Source of the DNA: a cyanobacterium endosymbiont of Braarudosphaera bigelowii
GTDB lineage: Bacteria; Cyanobacteriota; Cyanobacteriia; Cyanobacteriales; Microcystaceae
Direction of reading: 5' to 3'
Assembly (NCBI RefSeq): GCF_020885515.1
Contig: NZ_AP024987.1
Coordinates: forward strand, 870,001-902,000
Length of the DNA: 32,000 nt
Part shown: positions 1 to 10,794 of the stretch, piece after piece
Layout: each line of letters opens with the position of its first letter
Numbering within the stretch: the stretch's first letter is position 1
Position numbers and translations under genes: made by a program
Notes under the pieces: model-generated
What the model saw: only the letters and a program-made list of their open reading frames with translations
What the model was told of the DNA's origin: nothing
The model's database searches: none

Positions 1-1508
1 AAGAACGTCGTTATGATGTTCTTGAAAAAATAATAAAGCAACATAAAAATATTCAAAAACAAGTACATAAATTACAAGAAAAAATTAATATACTTAAACA
101 AAATATTAATTCGTTCATATTAAAAGATGCATCTCTAAAAAAAAAATTAGAGTACTCAGAAAAAATACAGCAAAATTTTTGTCAAATTGAAGTGCACTTA
201 AATAAGTTAGGAGAGATGAAAGATAAACTTAAGTATATAGTAAAAGAAAAAGTAAAAATTACAAAACTGATTAAAACTGAATCTTTTGATTCAGTTTTGC
301 AAGATAAGTTAAAGACTCTTGAAAAGAAATTAACAGAGCTCAACTATACAGAAGAAAATCATATATTAGTGAGAAACAAAGCTAATAAATGGCGTTGGGC
401 TGAAATTAAAAACTCTAAAGTTAATGACTTACTTCATAGACAAAAACAAATTTTTGAACAAAAGTCTAATCTAATTCAACTTATTAATCAATTAGTAAAA
501 CAAAAGGAAAAGCTAGATAATGTTTCAAGTTTAAAGAGAGAAATTAATATAATCAAAAGGAAACTAAAGGTATTAAACTATGATAAATCAATTCATGATA
601 AGGTTTCTAGTTATATTCGTATTTCTCAAAATTGTATTGTTGATTATGAGAAACTACAAAATGCAAACAAGTCTTATTTTTCATTACAACAATATTTAAA
701 AGTTGCAGAAGATAGATTAAAGAATAGCTATGAAAAACAAAATAGTGTTATAAAGATTGAAAACCAATTGTCTGAGAGACTAAACCTTACCAAAAACTAC
801 AACCAGCAGATAACCAAACTCACAATAATTTTCAAAATACAAAGACAACATTTAGATAAATTGTTTGAAAAGCAAGGTAGATCTGAACAAGCAATATCCG
901 AACTTAAGATATTGCAAAATGAAAGAAGAGATTTACAGGTATTACATAATAATATTTGTAAACAGTATCGTATATATTCAGAGTTGACTAAATCTTTTAG
1001 TAAAAATGGTATTCAACTATTAATAATTGAAAATGTCTTACCTCAATTAGAAGCAGAAACAAATAAAATTCTTACACGCTTAACCGGAAATGAGCTACGT
1101 ATTCAATTTATTACTCAAAGATTAGGAAAAGGTACTACCATTCGCAAAAAATCCGCAAAATTAATTGATACATTAGATATTCTTATTGCTGATACAGAAG
1201 GAACTCGTGTGTATGAAACATATTCAGGAGGAGAAGCTTTTAGAATAAATTTTTCTGTACGTTTAGCTTTAGCTAAACTACTAGCACAAAGAGCAGGAGC
1301 ATCATTAGAAATGTTAATAATTGATGAAGGTTTTGGTACCCAGGATGCTGAAGGCTGTGAACGTTTAATTGCAGCAATCAATAGCATAGCCTCTGATTTT
1401 TCTTGCATATTAATAGTGACACATATGCCCCAGTTTCAAGAAGCTTTTCAACATCGCATAGAAATTAGTAAGACTAACCAGGGCTCACAAATAAGTATAG
1501 TAAACTAG
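1..1508 (+). CDS. sbcC: SbcC/Rad50-family DNA-repair ATPase, C-terminal part (5' end outside window)
   Basis: I translated frame 3 by hand. It is open from base 3 to the track's GTG at 192, so the gene runs off the left edge. It has a long K/E/Q/L-rich coiled coil, then the ABC signature 'YSGGEAFRINFSVRLALAKLL', Walker B/D-loop 'MLIIDEGFGTQD' and H-loop 'LIVTHM'. Confidence 0.85.
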   Translation, partial: ERRYDVLEKIIKQHKNIQKQVHKLQEKINILKQNINSFILKDASLKKKLEYSEKIQQNFCQIEVHLNKLGEMKDKLKYIVKEKVKITKLIKTESFDSVLQDKLKTLEKKLTELNYTEENHILVRNKANKWRWAEIKNSKVNDLLHRQKQIFEQKSNLIQLINQLVKQKEKLDNVSSLKREINIIKRKLKVLNYDKSIHDKVSSYIRISQNCIVDYEKLQNANKSYFSLQQYLKVAEDRLKNSYEKQNSVIKIENQLSERLNLTKNYNQQITKLTIIFKIQRQHLDKLFEKQGRSEQAISELKILQNERRDLQVLHNNICKQYRIYSELTKSFSKNGIQLLIIENVLPQLEAETNKILTRLTGNELRIQFITQRLGKGTTIRKKSAKLIDTLDILIADTEGTRVYETYSGGEAFRINFSVRLALAKLLAQRAGASLEMLIIDEGFGTQDAEGCERLIAAINSIASDFSCILIVTHMPQFQEAFQHRIEISKTNQGSQISIVN

Positions 1509-1689
1509 TATATGTTATATAATTTTCTATTTTTTTTATATTTAATTTGTATAAAATTGAATATATGTGTAAATAAAAACTTTATTAACTAATAAAAATT
1601 AATTACTTTGAGAGACGATACCAGTTTGTATTTATAGAATCAAAAGAAACTTTTATAAATCATGTTCTTGAGAAGAAAAGTATAGAATA

Positions 1690-3024
1690 TTAAAAGTAAT
1701 TAGAGTTTGCTTGGATATTTAAAAACTTAGTTAATTCTGCTTGAAAAAGTAGTTGAATAGTTCCTGTAGGACCATTACGATGCTTAGTTAAAATAATTTC
1801 AGTAATTCCTTTATCTATAGTGTCAGGATTATAGTATTCATCTCGATATAACATCATAATAAGATCAGCATCTTGTTCAATAGAACCGCTTTCTCTTAAG
1901 TCAGACATCATAGGACGTTTATTATTTCTAGCTTCAACTGCCCTACTTAACTGTGATAAAGCAATAACGGGAGCTTTTATTTCACGCGCTAAACCTTTTA
2001 GAGAACGTGTCATTTTTGATAATTCTTGAACCCGATTATCTTTTTCTGCTCCTTCCATTAGTTGTAAATAATCAATTAAAACTAATCCAAAATCTCCTTT
2101 TTTTTCTGCTAGTAATCGACGCACTTGAGAACGTACTTGCATAACAGTAACATTTGCAGAATCATCAATATAAATTGGTAGATTGGATAAAGTACCAATT
2201 GCAGTACTTATCTTACTGTAATCATCTTGAACGAATCTTCCTGAACGTAAACGATTACTTTCAATTCCTGCTTCCGATGCTAACAAACGCATAGAAAGTT
2301 GCTCTTTTGACATTTCTAAACTAAATATAGCTACTGGTAAATTAAAATTTTTAGCAACATGTGCTGCCAATCCTAATCCAAAAGCAGTTTTCCCCATAGA
2401 TGGTCTTCCAGCAATGATAATTAGATCTGAACGTTGTAATCCTCCGGTCATAGCATCTAAATCATAAAAGCCTGTCTCTATTCCAGGAATAGTAGTTTGA
2501 TTATGTAATTTTTCTAATTCATTAAAAGTCTGAATAATTGTTTCTGAAATTGGAACCAAGCCTCCTTGCGGTCTCTTCTGAGTTAAACCAAATATTTTTT
2601 TTTCTGATTCATCCAAGACAATTTCCAAATCCCTTGTTATTTCAAATCCCAAGTCAACAATCTCGTGACCAGAACTAATCAATTGGCGACGTAGATATTT
2701 ATCCATCACTAATGTTGCATATCGATCAATATTGACAGCAGAAACCGTCCTATCAAGTAATTGAGTTAGCTTATCTATTCCACCCACTTTTTCTAATAAT
2801 GAATGATCTTCTAAAACACTTCTGACTGTCAAAAAATCAGTGGGCTTTCCCTGACTATGTAATTTTAATACAGCTTCATAAATTTCTTGATGTGATCTTA
2901 CGTAAAACGATTCTGGAGTTATTAAATCTACAACTCTTCCAATAGCTTCAGGATCGAGTAAGATCCCACCTAGAATAGATTCTTCAGCTTCGATATTTTG
3001 AGGAGGAATATTATTATTAATCAT
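1690..3024 (-). CDS. dnaB: Replicative DNA helicase DnaB (no intein)
   Basis: 444 aa. N-terminus 'PPQNIEAEESILGGILLDPEAI', Walker A 'GRPSMGKTAFGL', Walker B 'LVLIDYLQLM', and 'RESGSIEQDADLIMMLYRDEYY'. Confidence 0.95.
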   Translation of the reverse strand: MINNNIPPQNIEAEESILGGILLDPEAIGRVVDLITPESFYVRSHQEIYEAVLKLHSQGKPTDFLTVRSVLEDHSLLEKVGGIDKLTQLLDRTVSAVNIDRYATLVMDKYLRRQLISSGHEIVDLGFEITRDLEIVLDESEKKIFGLTQKRPQGGLVPISETIIQTFNELEKLHNQTTIPGIETGFYDLDAMTGGLQRSDLIIIAGRPSMGKTAFGLGLAAHVAKNFNLPVAIFSLEMSKEQLSMRLLASEAGIESNRLRSGRFVQDDYSKISTAIGTLSNLPIYIDDSANVTVMQVRSQVRRLLAEKKGDFGLVLIDYLQLMEGAEKDNRVQELSKMTRSLKGLAREIKAPVIALSQLSRAVEARNNKRPMMSDLRESGSIEQDADLIMMLYRDEYYNPDTIDKGITEIILTKHRNGPTGTIQLLFQAELTKFLNIQANSNYF

Positions 3025-3537
3025 AATGAATAAAAATATGAGCGAGTTAATTTTGTTTTAATTAAGTTACTTAGATATAAATCTCAAATAGTTAGCGTCA
3101 AAACTTAATTCCCTAAACTGATTGAATAGAAAAATAGAGATTGATATTGCTCAAATATAGTCTGAATTAAATGCTAATATAATTGATTTTAAGCGTAAGA
3201 TTACGAAATCTAATTATAAGAAGCCAAAAACTTAATAACAAAAAATTTAAAAATGTAATATTTTAATTAATACAATAAAGATAGAATTATAAATAACATT
3301 TTAGTGGATCCTTACAAACAAAAAAGCTATTTTAGGAATAAATTGTCATAATACTAGTAAAATTAGCCTTTTTGATAAAAATAGTTTTTATAGTTACTAT
3401 CATCTATTTATAAGATAACAGTTTTATCGGAACAATCTACTTCAAAGAATCACAGAATATTTTTTAATACTTAATTATGAAATGTAGTATTTCATAATTA
3501 AAATCTATATTTAAGAAATTATTCCAGAAGACTTTTT

Positions 3538-5472
3538 TTATTTGGATTGATTTATTTCTAATAACAAATTACGAACTAAACGGGCCATCATTTTATGTGC
3601 TAATCCATCAAGAATTTTTACTCCCATTTGTTGAGTTTCTCTTTTTGCTATTAACTTAATTAATAATGAAGATAAATGCATAGGCTCAAAACCAGGCAAA
3701 TCATTTAAAATTATCAAAATGTTTTTTAGATGCTTTAAACTATTATCTTCTTTAGGCTCTCTGATGCTATTTTCTCTAGTCAAGCCTATTTGTTTTCGAA
3801 TTGTTATAGATAATTTAAACCAAATTTGACGGCCGAAAATATCAACAGAATCAATAACCTCATTAATTAATTGTTCTCGGATAAATTCTCCTTGTGGAGA
3901 AAAAATAAAATCTGCAATTTGGTCAAATACTATATCAATATCGTAACTTTGAAAATTTTGTGCATTTATCATCAAACTCTCTAATCTATTCCAACGCAAA
4001 TTTCCCTTTTTAAATAATAGATCTGTTAAAGATCTTCTTAATTCAGGTGAAGAATCAGTTAGAAGACGTTTAGCAACATACGAATATGCTTTACTTAACA
4101 CTTTAAAATTAGGATCAATTCCAATTGCAATACCTTCCAGAGTTACCATTGATCTTAAAATTAATGCATAATAAGCAGGAACTTTAAAAGGGAACTCGTA
4201 CATTATGCTTGACATCTGATCAGTAATATTTTTGAAATTCAATTCAGCTACACTTGAACCCAAAGCATTGTTAAAGATTTCTTTTAAAGCAACTGTAATG
4301 GGAGTTAAATCCGTTTCAGGTTCTAAGAATCCTAACTTTACATAATCATAAGCTAAAGCATCAAAATCTCTATTAACTAAGTGAATAACTGCTTCTATAA
4401 AACCATATCTTTGATAACTTTCAATACGACTCATCATTCCGAAATCAAGATAAGCTAACTTACCGTCTTTCATTGCTAACAAATTACCAGGATGAGGATC
4501 TGCATGAAAAAGACCATATTCTAGCAATTGACATAAAGAGCAATGAACCCCTATCTCTACTAAATGTGTTGCCTCAATTCCTTGAGCTTGAATTTTTTCT
4601 ATATTAGTAAGTTTCGTGCCTTCAATCCACTCCATTGTCAATACTCTTCTGGCTGTATATTCCCAATAAATTTTGGGAACATAAATTTCTGGTAAATGAC
4701 TATAATGTTTAGCAAATTCTTCAGCGTTATTTCCTTCTTTAACATAATCAATTTCTTCAAAAATACGTTCAGCTAGCTCATCTGTAATAGCTACCAAGTC
4801 GGAATGAATAAAAGAAAAATTATTTTGTAACCAATGAGAAATATATCGGAGAATATAAATATCTAGCGTAATACATTCAAGTAAGCCAGGTCTCTGTACT
4901 TTAATTGCGACCTGTTCTCCTGTCTTTAATTTTCCTTTATATACTTGTCCTAACGAAGCTGCAGCAATAGGGTTTTCTGATAATTCTTTATAGATTGATT
5001 GAGCACTACAACCTAACTCTTCTTGTATAAAGCGATAAGCTATTTCGTTTGGAAAAGATGGTAGTTTATCTTGTAAAAGAGTTAATTCATTTAAATAGAC
5101 TGGAGGAACTAAATCAGGTCGAGTAGATAAGGCTTGTCCAATCTTAATATAAGTTGGTCCTAATTCAGTTAAGATCTTCCTCAAATGAATTGCTTGGTTA
5201 GCATCTTCTTTAATATTTTTACCTATTAATCTACTCCACCATAATTTAAAAATGAAAGAAGAAAAACAAGAAAAAATACGAATTAAACGGTTAGCAACTT
5301 TAAAAATGTGCTTGCGATAATACTTATTAATTTCATTTGGATTATATTGATAGTTATTTTCAATATAATTATCTACATTTTCTGTATTTTTTTTAAATGG
5401 ATGATTAGAGTTGATATTGATATTGGCTGTATTAAAATTCAAGTTCTCTAGAAAAAGAATTGAATGAGGCAT
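3538..5472 (-). CDS. ABC1/UbiB-family atypical protein kinase
   Basis: 644 aa. Motifs 'LGPTYIKIGQALSTRPDLVPP', 'AAASLGQVYKGKL', 'HADPHPGNLL' and 'YLDFGMM' are hallmarks of the ABC1/ADCK family. Confidence 0.9.
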   Translation of the reverse strand: MPHSILFLENLNFNTANININSNHPFKKNTENVDNYIENNYQYNPNEINKYYRKHIFKVANRLIRIFSCFSSFIFKLWWSRLIGKNIKEDANQAIHLRKILTELGPTYIKIGQALSTRPDLVPPVYLNELTLLQDKLPSFPNEIAYRFIQEELGCSAQSIYKELSENPIAAASLGQVYKGKLKTGEQVAIKVQRPGLLECITLDIYILRYISHWLQNNFSFIHSDLVAITDELAERIFEEIDYVKEGNNAEEFAKHYSHLPEIYVPKIYWEYTARRVLTMEWIEGTKLTNIEKIQAQGIEATHLVEIGVHCSLCQLLEYGLFHADPHPGNLLAMKDGKLAYLDFGMMSRIESYQRYGFIEAVIHLVNRDFDALAYDYVKLGFLEPETDLTPITVALKEIFNNALGSSVAELNFKNITDQMSSIMYEFPFKVPAYYALILRSMVTLEGIAIGIDPNFKVLSKAYSYVAKRLLTDSSPELRRSLTDLLFKKGNLRWNRLESLMINAQNFQSYDIDIVFDQIADFIFSPQGEFIREQLINEVIDSVDIFGRQIWFKLSITIRKQIGLTRENSIREPKEDNSLKHLKNILIILNDLPGFEPMHLSSLLIKLIAKRETQQMGVKILDGLAHKMMARLVRNLLLEINQSK

Positions 5473-5852
5473 AAGATCTATCTCACGAAATTAGAGGAAT
5501 CATTACGTAAACTATTGTAACAACTTTTGTTTATTGATTAAAACTATTAACAAAGCTTAATCTGTTAAGTATTTCAATTTTTATATAAATAGTTAAGAAT
5601 TATAGTTATGTGAATTGATGAATGTACATAAATTTCTTAAATCAAAACCATAAGAAGAAGTATAAATTTTCTATCAATTTTGAAGAATTATTTTTAATCT
5701 AATAATTAATATTACTATTATTAGTAATATTAAAATTATTTTCTGTATTATGAGGAGCAGATATACTTTATGGTTTTTAAAATTCCATAGCGATAATAAT
5801 TTTTATCATTTTTCTAAAAACTATTTTAATAATACATTACAACAAATAAAAA

Positions 5853-6344
5853 ATGTTCAAGTCAATATTATTACAAAGAAAAATTGCATCAATTATCTTT
5901 ATAGTTCTCTTACAATCGTTTGCTTTGAAGTATTCGCCAAAGATACTTGCTCAGCTTCCTTATATATCAAATTCTTCTAATATTAATACTATTGAGAATA
6001 GTCAACTAGAGAAGTTTGCTAAAGCTGTTAAAAGTTTACAAATGATCGATAGAATGACTCAATTAGAAATGCTTAAAGCAATAAAAGCTATAGAAATGTC
6101 TCCGGAAGAATTTATGAAGATCGGTCAGCAAGAAAAAAATAAGCGTAATCTTAATATGGAAAAACAAATTAAATTTGAAGAGACTCTTATTACTGTCAAG
6201 AGAATTAATCAAAAAGACCGTTTAGAAAAACGAGAAGCTATAAAAAATGCAGGATTGGAGGTTTCTCAATTCAACAGAATTGGGAAAATGGTTGAACAAA
6301 ACCCGGAACTTCAGAAAGTAGTTGTAAAGTTACTAGGTATTTAG
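5853..6344 (+). CDS. Hypothetical secreted protein, possibly DUF4168-like
   Basis: 163 aa. It has a hydrophobic N-terminal signal-like segment. Two helical repeats follow ('LEKFAKAVKSLQMI...SPEEFMKI' and 'AIKNAGLEVSQFNRIGKMVEQNPELQKVV') that resemble my memory of cyanobacterial DUF4168. The family assignment is unverified. Confidence 0.55.
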   Translation: MFKSILLQRKIASIIFIVLLQSFALKYSPKILAQLPYISNSSNINTIENSQLEKFAKAVKSLQMIDRMTQLEMLKAIKAIEMSPEEFMKIGQQEKNKRNLNMEKQIKFEETLITVKRINQKDRLEKREAIKNAGLEVSQFNRIGKMVEQNPELQKVVVKLLGI

Positions 6345-6375
6345 AGCTACTTTGACAACTCTATGATTAAAGAGA

Positions 6376-6447
6376 TGGGTCGCCTGGGATTCGAACCCAA
6401 GACCATTCGGTTAAAAGCCGAGTGCTCTACCGCTGAGCTAGCGACCC
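6376..6447 (-). tRNA. tRNA-Lys (anticodon UUU)
   Basis: Folded by hand from the reverse complement: GGGTCGC-TA-GCTC-AGCGGTA-GAGC-A-CTCGG-CTTTTAA-CCGAA-TGGTC-TTGGG-TTCGAAT-CCCAG-GCGACCC-A. The cloverleaf is complete apart from one C-A mismatch at 27-43. No CCA is encoded. Confidence 0.9.
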
Positions 6448-6910
6448 TATTGATTGTTTTTCATACCGTTATTAATAATAGCATAGTCTTTTATTAATAA
6501 CAACAGTTTTCAAAAAAAAACTTTATTTTACATACTGCTTGAAACTTATAAATCTCATACTATATAGATTCAAGGCCTTACATAGTAACTATACAAAACA
6601 CTAAATATAACATTAAAAAATAATTTTCGAATATCACAGCAGCATTCGTAACAAAAATTCAAAAATCCGGTTTTGTTTATTTTTGCTGATATAGTCATAA
6701 AAAGTTATGATAATTTATCAACAACAACGTTTTATAAACATTACCAATTTTTTAGGATAAATTGGCTTTGTTCTAATTTTATAGATTGATGGCCAATGTG
6801 TAGGAAATCAAGTTTTACTATTTTTATACACCAAGGAATTCAAAAAAATTCATAGGTGATCATAAACATAAAAATGAAAAGTTATAACTACTTCCGTTCA
6901 CTGAACAAGT

Positions 6911-7609
6911 CTATAAGTTAGCTAAATAAAAAGATACAAAGGCGCTTCCGATAGGAACTGTCATATTATCAATTCCAAAGCTGGAAAATACTTCGAGTGC
7001 TGTAGCGACTATAGAAGTAACTAAAGATATTATAAAGGTCCTTGAAAAGGGCTCTCCTACCAAAGAAAGAATTACACTACAAACAATAAAACTTATACCC
7101 ATCATCATTAAGGATCCTTCCCAGCTTTTATTAACATTGAATATTTGATAAGTGTGCTTTCCAAATTTCAGACCAACAATAGCCGCCATTCCGTCTCCCC
7201 AAGTCATTATTAAAATCCCAATTACTGCATATTGAAATCTTTCTTCATACCAAAAGCAATAGCTTAAAATACCAATGCTAAAAGCATAAAACAATGTTCC
7301 ATAGCTCAACCTGTTAATATCATTTATACTGGGAAAAAGATAAAAAGCATAAGAAACTAGAACTGCAAGAGTAGATAATATCGAACCTGTTATTAGAATC
7401 CATATAGGTAGTTGTAACTGCCATGCAAATATAATGATATTGCCAGAAGCAATATGAACAATTTTTCTAGTAATTTCTGTTTTTGTATCCCAAGAATGTT
7501 TTAAGATTTCAGCTATTGCAATAACAGCGGTTAAATAAAAAACAATTAAACAAATAGGAAGACGAAAAGAATATAAAGTACTAATTAGACAAAAAAACTG
7601 GAAAGACAA
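6911..7609 (-). CDS. Polytopic membrane CTP-dependent kinase, phytol-kinase (VTE5)/dolichol-kinase-like
   Basis: 232 aa with multiple TM segments. 'RKIVHIASGN' and 'KSWEGSLMM' are typical of the CTP_transf_1/phytol kinase family. The size matches cyanobacterial VTE5 homologues. Confidence 0.7.
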   Translation of the reverse strand: MSFQFFCLISTLYSFRLPICLIVFYLTAVIAIAEILKHSWDTKTEITRKIVHIASGNIIIFAWQLQLPIWILITGSILSTLAVLVSYAFYLFPSINDINRLSYGTLFYAFSIGILSYCFWYEERFQYAVIGILIMTWGDGMAAIVGLKFGKHTYQIFNVNKSWEGSLMMMGISFIVCSVILSLVGEPFSRTFIISLVTSIVATALEVFSSFGIDNMTVPIGSAFVSFYLANL

Positions 7610-7812
7610 GATGATATTAAATTAACTTTTTATTTCTCATATATTATAGCTAATCCAAGTAAAATATCGTAATTTTAGTAAATTTCACTACTCATGTACT
7701 CATAGAACAAAAATAATACTATTAGAGTGTCTGTCGGCATATATAAAAATAATTTTAAATCTAAAAAAATTAGCCGGCAATGTAATTTGTGACTGTATTA
7801 ATGGCTTAGAAC

Positions 7813-7843
7813 TAAAAAAATAAAAAAACTCGTATAGAGTTTT
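7813..7843 (-). terminator. Weak candidate intrinsic terminator after aat
   Basis: On the minus strand there is a 7-bp stem (7825-7831 / 7837-7843, loop gtata). A U-rich tail follows it (complement of the A-run 7813-7824). The stem has only 2 G:C pairs, so it is weak. Confidence 0.3.
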
Positions 7844-7866
7844 AACTCTGAATGATAGTTACTAAT

Positions 7867-8451
7867 TCAATTGACAAAAATACAAGTATTATTAAGTGCT
7901 TGAAATAAAAGTCTTCTATATTCATTATTGTTTATTACATAAGAACCAAATCTTTCTAAATGATTATTTTGTAACTGGACATCAAATAATGTGAATTTTA
8001 CAGATCTTAAATGCTCTACTAGTTTAACCATAGCAACTTTAGAACCGTTTGGTACACGATAGAACATTGATTCTCCTATAAAAGCACTTCCAATAGTAAT
8101 TCCTAAAATCCCTCCAGCTAACTGATCTCCTTGCCAAGTTTCAAAACTGTGGGCAAAGCCATTTAAATGTAATTGATAATAGATTTGTATTAGTTCAGGA
8201 GTTATCCAAGTAGTTTCTCTTTCTGCACAAGCTTGACAAACTTCTAAAAATTTTTTGTTGATTGAAATTGAAAACTGCTGTTGATTCAGGGTACGTTGTA
8301 GAGACTTAGGATATCGAAAACGTTCATCTAAAGGGATTAAAGCTCTTTGGTAGCTTGAATACCAACTTAATACTTTGAACTCGTCACCCATTAGAAAATA
8401 CCCTTGAGTGTAACCTTTTATAATGGGCTCTAAGTTATTAATAGACTTCAT
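7867..8451 (-). CDS. aat: Leucyl/phenylalanyl-tRNA--protein transferase
   Basis: 194 aa. It has 'GYFLMGD', 'LIPLDERFRYPKSL' and the family motif 'FIGESMFYR'. Confidence 0.9.
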   Translation of the reverse strand: MKSINNLEPIIKGYTQGYFLMGDEFKVLSWYSSYQRALIPLDERFRYPKSLQRTLNQQQFSISINKKFLEVCQACAERETTWITPELIQIYYQLHLNGFAHSFETWQGDQLAGGILGITIGSAFIGESMFYRVPNGSKVAMVKLVEHLRSVKFTLFDVQLQNNHLERFGSYVINNNEYRRLLFQALNNTCIFVN

Positions 8452-8729
8452 CGTATACTTTTATATCTAAATCTATGGCATATGATGATCAAAGGGTTTC
8501 TGTTTTTAAGAAAAATTTTACAAACCAATAATATCGCGTCAAAGAACTAATAATATTAATTGATAGTAAATATACTAACAATAAATATTGTATAAAGAAG
8601 TAATTTGATTATTGAGTATAATGGGCTTCTTCAACATTTTATCTTAGTTAGATTAATTATAAATTAATCTAAAATATATACTCAATATCGAGAGGGTATA
8701 TTTTTTTATACCCTTATATTCATTAAGGA

Positions 8730-9032
8730 TTACCAACTAGATTTAACTACTCCAGGTAATAGTCCTTCATGAGCCCATTCTCTTAATACGTTACGTGATA
8801 AACCAAAGTCTCTATAGTATCCTCTTGGACGACCAGTAAGCCAGCAACGATTGCGATGACGTGTAGGAGCACTATTACGAGGAAGGCGTTGAATTTGACG
8901 ATGAATTTCAATTTTCTCTTCATAATTTTCTGCATTATGAAAAGCTTCTTTCAAAGATGCTCTTTTCTCAGCATATTTTTCAATAAGACGCTCTCTCTTT
9001 TTTTCTCGTTGAATCATACTTTTTTTAGCCAT
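8730..9032 (-). CDS. rpsN: 30S ribosomal protein S14
   Basis: 100 aa. '[13 protein letters not shown]...[26 protein letters not shown]...LPGVVKSSW'. Confidence 0.95.
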   Translation of the reverse strand: MAKKSMIQREKKRERLIEKYAEKRASLKEAFHNAENYEEKIEIHRQIQRLPRNSAPTRHRNRCWLTGRPRGYYRDFGLSRNVLREWAHEGLLPGVVKSSW

Positions 9033-9166
9033 AAAACCTTTAATGTAATTTTTCCATCTTAAAATGTACCGTTTCTAATATATCAAAAAATCACCAATAG
9101 AAAAGCTTATTCTTATTCTTTTGCTAAAAACTTTTCAGATTTTAACTTGTTTTAATGTAATCTTCA

Positions 9167-10474
9167 TTAAGCACTTAAAATATATGAAGAAATAACAATT
9201 TTCGATACGGGGATAATATGTTCTCGTAAAATTGAAAGAGCTTTAATGTACTGAGGATCTGCTTTAGTTCCTAATAAAGTTGGATCATTCTTTAAACGAA
9301 TTTGTTGTTCCATCGTCAAATCTAAATAGATATCTGGACTAATTCCCTTATAGTTAATATCTGCACCACTAGCGGGATAGTAACGAGCAATAGTAACTGC
9401 TAAGCCTGAACCATCAGATAATGAATGAACTGATTGTACAGTCCCTTTCCCATAGGTTGTAGTACCGATAACCGTAGCACGATTATTTTCTTTTAAAGCA
9501 CCAGTTAAAATCTCACTAGCACTTGCAGACCATTTATTAACTAAAATAACTAAAGGTAAACTTGTTAAAGACGTCCCATTGGCTGAAAAATGTTGATCCC
9601 CTCCTTTGCGGTCAACCGTACTGACAATTTTTCCTTCCTCGAGCCAGAGACGAGCAATATTAACACTAGCAAAAAGTAGACCACCAGGATTTCCTCGTAA
9701 ATCTAAAATAAATCCAGAAACTTTTTGTTTTCCAAGCTCATGGATCGCTTGCTTCATTTGCTCAGTTGCATGTGAACTAAATTCATCAAGTTTAATATAT
9801 CCTATACTGTGATGTTTCTCTTCTTGAAGGTGATAACTTACAGAAGCAATTTGTATTTGAGTACGTTCAAGGGTGACTTGAAAAATTCCTTTATCACGAC
9901 GTGATAGCTGTAAGCTAACCTCAGTTCCTAACTTTCCAAAGATTGCTTCTTGTGCCTGTTCAAGAGTCATTAATGCAGTTGGCTGGCCATTAATGCGAAT
10001 TAAACGATCACCACGTTTGAGGCCTGCCTTTATAGCAGGTGAACTCTTCATTGCTTCAACTACATATAATTCACTAGTTCTCCTATCAATTGCTAATCTA
10101 ATACCAATACCTGAAAGTTCTCCTGATGTTTGACTAGTAAGCATGGAAAACTCTTGAGGAGATAAAAATCGAGTATATGGATCCCCTAACTTTTTTAAAG
10201 ATTCATTAATAAATTTATATGCTTGTTTAGAATTCTTATATTTTTGAGACAATAATTCTTGTCGTTCTTCCTGCCAGTTAATTCGATTAAATTCTAAATC
10301 TACAAATTCATTATTTACAATCTGCCAAATTTCGTCTATGACAGCTTTAGGGTTATCTTCAGGAATATTGAAACTTAAGCCAGGAAAAATAATTGTCAAT
10401 GTAGATAATACTGCTATGGTTCCACTCCATAACAATGATTTATAATCATATAGTGATTTTATTGAATATTTCAT
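9167..10474 (-). CDS. Carboxyl-terminal processing protease (peptidase S41, Ctp family; paralogue not assignable)
   Basis: 435 aa. It has an N-terminal TM/signal segment, a PDZ region ('GIGIRLA...SSPAIKAGLKRGDRLIRING'), a catalytic Ser context 'NKWSASASEIL' and Lys context 'TTYGKGTVQ'. Confidence 0.9.
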   Translation of the reverse strand: MKYSIKSLYDYKSLLWSGTIAVLSTLTIIFPGLSFNIPEDNPKAVIDEIWQIVNNEFVDLEFNRINWQEERQELLSQKYKNSKQAYKFINESLKKLGDPYTRFLSPQEFSMLTSQTSGELSGIGIRLAIDRRTSELYVVEAMKSSPAIKAGLKRGDRLIRINGQPTALMTLEQAQEAIFGKLGTEVSLQLSRRDKGIFQVTLERTQIQIASVSYHLQEEKHHSIGYIKLDEFSSHATEQMKQAIHELGKQKVSGFILDLRGNPGGLLFASVNIARLWLEEGKIVSTVDRKGGDQHFSANGTSLTSLPLVILVNKWSASASEILTGALKENNRATVIGTTTYGKGTVQSVHSLSDGSGLAVTIARYYPASGADINYKGISPDIYLDLTMEQQIRLKNDPTLLGTKADPQYIKALSILREHIIPVSKIVISSYILSA

Positions 10475-10687
10475 TTTATCGAAATTATTTACATAATATG
10501 AATTTGGTATTGAATAAAAATCAGATAAATTACTTATGTTGACTATTACATATGAGTAGATGATATCTAACTACTAATAATTTTGCAGTACATTTTTTAT
10601 TATGTTACATACTGTTTTTAGTAATTGAGTATAACCTCCGATATAAAATATCAAAAGGTTTATTACTATTTTATTGATTTTTTTATA

Positions 10688-10761
10688 TCGGGATGACAGG
10701 ATTCGAACCTGTGACATCCTGCTCCCAAAGCAGGCGCGCTACCAAGCTGCGCTACATCCCG
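10688..10761 (-). tRNA. tRNA-Pro (anticodon UGG)
   Basis: Hand fold of the reverse complement: CGGGATG-TA-GCGC-AGCTTGGTA-GCGC-G-CCTGC-TTTGGGA-GCAGG-ATGTC-ACAGG-TTCGAAT-CCTGT-CATCCCG-A. Confidence 0.9.
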
Positions 10762-10794
10762 TAACGTTCACATTTACATTATAACTAATTTTTT

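Noticed and set aside
1115-1408. 97-aa minus-strand ORF inside sbcC
   Set aside because: It lies wholly antisense to a well-supported ATPase domain, has low-complexity composition and matches no motif. It is a shadow ORF.
1-1508. SMC/ABC-type ATPase considered as part of a defence system (Wadjet, Lamassu or PARIS-like)
   Set aside because: The C-terminal motifs and the 'LIIDEGFGTQD' context fit housekeeping SbcC. The downstream neighbour is convergent dnaB, and no nuclease or partner genes are visible in the window.
1690-3024. Checked dnaB for an intein, as found in some cyanobacterial DnaB genes
   Set aside because: At 444 aa it is colinear with intein-free DnaB, and nothing interrupts the Walker A-Walker B region.
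5750-5980. 76-aa plus-strand ORF overlapping the start of the 5853 ORF in another frame
   Set aside because: Its composition is Asn/Phe/Tyr-rich AT-noise. The overlapping 163-aa frame has a signal peptide and repeat structure, so I prefer that one.
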